NCBI GenBank assembly: GCA_963815095.1
Contig: CAWFFH010000006.1
Location: 128,001-192,000 of the forward strand
DNA from: Candidatus Bathyarchaeota archaeon
GTDB lineage: Archaea > Thermoproteota > Bathyarchaeia > Bathyarchaeales > Bathycorpusculaceae
Direction: 5' to 3'
Length of the DNA: 64,000 nucleotides
A program made the position numbers and the translations under genes. Positions within the stretch are counted from its first letter, which is position 1, and each line of letters opens with the position of its first letter. Shown here in pieces: positions 61,701 to 64,000 of the stretch. Under the pieces are notes generated by a model. That model did not search any database. It was not told where the DNA came from and worked only from the letters and a program-made list of their open reading frames with translations.

Positions 61701-63458
61701 GCCGATTGGACCTGTAATTGGGTTTAATGTGATTGAAGGTTTAACATTGAAATTGGCAAAGGCAGAATTAACTCCATCGCTAGCCATAACTTGGTTAATG
61801 CCTGCTGAAGCATTGAAGTTAAAATTAAAAGTTGCTGAGAACGAGCCAGTTGGATCCGCGACTATCGGATAAGGACTTGTTGTCATTGGGTTTCCGGCAA
61901 AGTTGATGCTTATTGTCGAATTATAAATAAAGTTTGAACCCGTTACTGTTATAGTAGTTCCGACTGGGCCATTTGTAGGACTTATAGCTATTGTGGGAGT
62001 GGTAACTATGAAGGTGGTATTTGCGTAATTGAAATTTTTGTCGACGATAGTGACTGTTTTGTTTCCTGGTGTTTCCCCAAGAGGAACCGTGAATATGGAG
62101 TTGGCAGTGATGACTCCATTTGAATCAGTGGATGCACTAAAGGGAACTTGCGTCCCATCAAAAATAGCTAAAAGTGGAGAGTTGGCTGCAAAACCTTGCC
62201 CTGATACCGTAACTGGCTGACCAATTGGACCACTGATAGGTGAAAGACTAACAGGAGTTGTAGGAGGTATTACAACCAATTTGACAGCATCTAAAATTAT
62301 AGCCCAATTTTTAGTAGAGGTAAAACTGCAATTTACTGACAAGTTGTTTTTTGGAGCTGCGGTTATAGCCCATTCACTCCACACTGACCTGGGCAGAGCA
62401 TCAGGTTCTCCAGTTGCTCCGTAAGAACTCTGTACGGGCATAATTTCCTGGAAACCCAATCCAGGCGTTATTACTGGATTAAGAGAGTCAATACTTAGGG
62501 CTCCTATTACAAGTTCATTTGAGTAATGAATATTGATTGTATCTTGTACTAGAGTGGATTTGCCTATCGCAGTTTGTGCTGAACCATCAAATGGAGAGGT
62601 AGTATTAACATCACTAACTGCAAAAGCTAAAGCCGAACAATAATAATCGCTTAATTCATCAGCAGTTGAATGAATGCTGATAGTTAACGGACCAACTGAA
62701 GGCATAATAGCATAGTAAGTTTCCAAAATGCTATCCCCATCCATTGAACCATAATCAGTAGGCAATGTGTGGCCCCTAATAGTCCAAGTTAAGCTAGGAG
62801 TTGAAGTGGGTGTATACAAGTTATTCTCATCATCGTAAGAAACTACAACATAAATTAGTTGATTAGGCTTTGTTGTTGTAAGAGATAACTTCAGGGGTGT
62901 TGAGTCAGTGGAGTAAGTAGAGTTGATATCAGTAACTCCAGGGAAACTATTGCTTGTAACTATGCCATTAAATTGGTTAATTCCTGGAAAAGCCGATATA
63001 ATATTCCCTCTTGTAGTTACAAACCAAAAGCTAAACTGATCATAATTTGACGCGTTTAATATGGGAACTGACTTGAAATATTCAATACTGCTTCCAGGTT
63101 GAATAACAAGTGATGGACTCAATAATACGTTACCAACCGTATCATTGGTTATATCTCTAATCCATAAACGTACCAATTCAGTGGGAAGCGTACCATTGTT
63201 GGTAATATCACATAGCATGTAAACCTTGTTGTTTAACACAGCAGTCTCCGGGTTCGTAATTGATACGGTTTGGAGTTCTGTGTAGCGATCCAAATCCAAC
63301 TGTTTTGCCTGAATTGTCGTCTGTTCGAGGCCAGTATTTTGATTGAGAACAATCATAAAACTAGCAAAAACAATCATGACTATAAGTAAGAAAAATACCA
63401 TACCAAATACAGTACCGATTCCTTTATTGTTTCTTCGCAGATTATGGTGTAAATTCAT
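58710..63458 (-). CDS. Giant (about 1580 aa) pilin-like adhesin with a class III signal peptide and IPT/TIG and beta-repeat domains
   Basis: RRNNKG|IGTVFGMVFFLLIV; pilin-like domain ending VTTRGN; four xSLxPxxGPxGxxVTVxGxxF repeats; several QY-x-T/S repeats. Confidence 0.85.
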   Translation of the reverse strand: MNLHHNLRRNNKGIGTVFGMVFFLLIVMIVFASFMIVLNQNTGLEQTTIQAKQLDLDRYTELQTVSITNPETAVLNNKVYMLCDITNNGTLPTELVRLWIRDITNDTVGNVLLSPSLVIQPGSSIEYFKSVPILNASNYDQFSFWFVTTRGNIISAFPGINQFNGIVTSNSFPGVTDINSTYSTDSTPLKLSLTTTKPNQLIYVVVSYDDENNLYTPTSTPSLTWTIRGHTLPTDYGSMDGDSILETYYAIMPSVGPLTISIHSTADELSDYYCSALAFAVSDVNTTSPFDGSAQTAIGKSTLVQDTINIHYSNELVIGALSIDSLNPVITPGLGFQEIMPVQSSYGATGEPDALPRSVWSEWAITAAPKNNLSVNCSFTSTKNWAIILDAVKLVVIPPTTPVSLSPISGPIGQPVTVSGQGFAANSPLLAIFDGTQVPFSASTDSNGVITANSIFTVPLGETPGNKTVTIVDKNFNYANTTFIVTTPTIAISPTNGPVGTTITVTGSNFIYNSTISINFAGNPMTTSPYPIVADPTGSFSATFNFNFNASAGINQVMASDGVNSAFANFNVKPSITLNPITGPIGSLATVTGTGFAASQSVTVTFAGATVTTAPVNVNTDGFGFFTSNFTVPSGQTAGTKNVVATDANSNSATTTFAVTPSISLNSTNGDVGSTVNVSGSGFAANSILALKFAGSTVTLVGTTSTNSSGAFTGATFTVPTWVSTWAIGSVQTVVITDAAANSGLNTFTVNTVTQSITVTLSDSAPSATVTVNGGNPAPNTFAADGTSHSVTMFSGSSFTLSFSNSGNTRNGFIVASDFSASSISYTASVTPVTVTGFEQVQNTFSVTFNGGNAGSGDSLTMTGTYLGASSSTITALNSGNSWRSSSWSDYNTVVTFPVNTALSSSTQRWAINGAYSTAVLTSGGNTYSTSYYHQYPQTLSYSVFAGGSPAAPAATGASFGVAYAPSLTNAATGYWFDALGSIAFSTSAEGVGEQWVPVPASILATSAQTQIVNMHHQYQVSFSQSGVDSSAGTNAVLTVSSTNYAYNALPANVWFDSGTIFNWVPTVAGGAGKQFVSTGSTGTSPILTAGAYSGAYKTQYQHTITSSPATGSGFITVDGVAQSTPYTTSWWDSGSTHTIAASSTVTVVAGQRQYQYLSWSDAGAQSHTVSPATITTYTANFQQQFYFTVSSTYDSATGSGWYNAGTTISSTVTTPFSGVTGIQYVTTGWTGSGSLSSGGSAGSSSTGSFAINAYTTCIWNWKTQYQVSFAASGLGSVAPNTKVISVGGSDVLYSQLPFTNWFDSGTSYIYYSTVAGSVSETQFALIGTSPASPVSGTTGATIIGTYKTQYELTVTSAAGTSGGQTSGYYDSGTIISSSVSTTVIIAGPPSIIYNSNGFTGTGNAPSSGSGPTVSFTLTQPSSVMWHWNGQMTIDPEASITENIPSEAPNNSNHWVDVSDSSDSTYVYAGKSGTFTDSYSLQSIGSVTGTISSVTQYIRVDFTAVSSNYVTSSLTLGTNTLTSNNFTPALNTWTTHSDTFTRPGGGAWTMSDINNLQSGLTLHRASGQTRCSEVWIMVNFST

Positions 63459-63999
63459 AGTCAAAAGCACTTCCACTTTGAGTTACTAAATGAAGAGTAT
63501 AAATTGAACCTTGATTTAGGGGTGGCCCACTTAAAATAACGTAAAAGTATGCTTCTTTACCAATATTAAGGGCATTTCCCGTTATAGGCGTCGGAGCAGG
63601 AGTAACAGAACTAATAGGGTATAATTGTGAAATTTGTAATGGTGAAAGTTGAGGGTTAGCAGAATAAACACCTACTATATTATTATTTGAGTCGTAGATG
63701 AAAACAGAGTTTATTTTCAAGCTATTAGAACCCCCAGAATTTATAATGTAAACTGTTAGGTTTGCTGGAGATTGCGAATAGACGACGTTTTCGAACCCGA
63801 TCCGTTCAGCAATCGATTGCTGACTATTAGATATAGTGCTAGAATAATTGTTTGTAGTAGTCGTCGTTACGTTGCTTGCGTAATAGTAAGCGACGGAACC
63901 AAAAATTAGGATAATTGCCGCTAACAAAACGGTGGCAAATATTGGACTAAGCGCACGCTTATCACGTGAAAAGATACAAAGTTTTCTCAAGCACAACAC
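63442..63999 (-). CDS. Archaeal type IV pilin
   Basis: RDKRA|LSPIFATVLLAAII; ER...E; VYIINSG; YTLHLVTQSGSAF. The start lies at the window edge. Confidence 0.88.
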   Translation of the reverse strand: MLCLRKLCIFSRDKRALSPIFATVLLAAIILIFGSVAYYYASNVTTTTTNNYSSTISNSQQSIAERIGFENVVYSQSPANLTVYIINSGGSNSLKINSVFIYDSNNNIVGVYSANPQLSPLQISQLYPISSVTPAPTPITGNALNIGKEAYFYVILSGPPLNQGSIYTLHLVTQSGSAFDYEFTP

Positions 64000-64000
64000 C

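Overview
This is an archaeal chromosomal segment. Gene content, TTG/GTG starts, L13e, TackOD1 and DUF3227-like proteins point to a TACK archaeon, most likely Bathyarchaeia (inference). About 1-42 kb is mostly housekeeping and metabolism: an anaerobic reductase operon (double-cubane-type protein, BzdP/Q-like ATPases, ferredoxin, membrane electron carriers), ABC exporters, the rpl15e-rpl13e-DUF54-rnp3-rnp2 operon with a structured leader, GT-C glycosyltransferases, galT, a glycogen debranching enzyme, tpiA, a TrmB-CBS regulator, nop5-fibrillarin-rnhB, aguBA, pyrB and mdh. About 42.6-64 kb is accessory and surface-related: gene remnants, an orphan two-gene contractile-injection-system tube module, PT-rich surface proteins, a two-component locus, and a type IV pilus operon with a giant pilin-adhesin and a TackOD1 protein. 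The strongest candidates for novelty are (1) a winged-HTH + ATP-cone + class III RNR-fold protein that has lost all radical-chemistry residues, possibly a nucleotide-sensing regulator; (2) the stand-alone CIS tube + tube-initiator pair; (3) the DCCP/BzdPQ/membrane redox operon headed by a surface protein; and (4) an RGG/GAR tail on Nop5 abutting fibrillarin. I saw no rRNA, tRNA, CRISPR array or transposase. All family assignments come from motif recognition by eye, not database searches.
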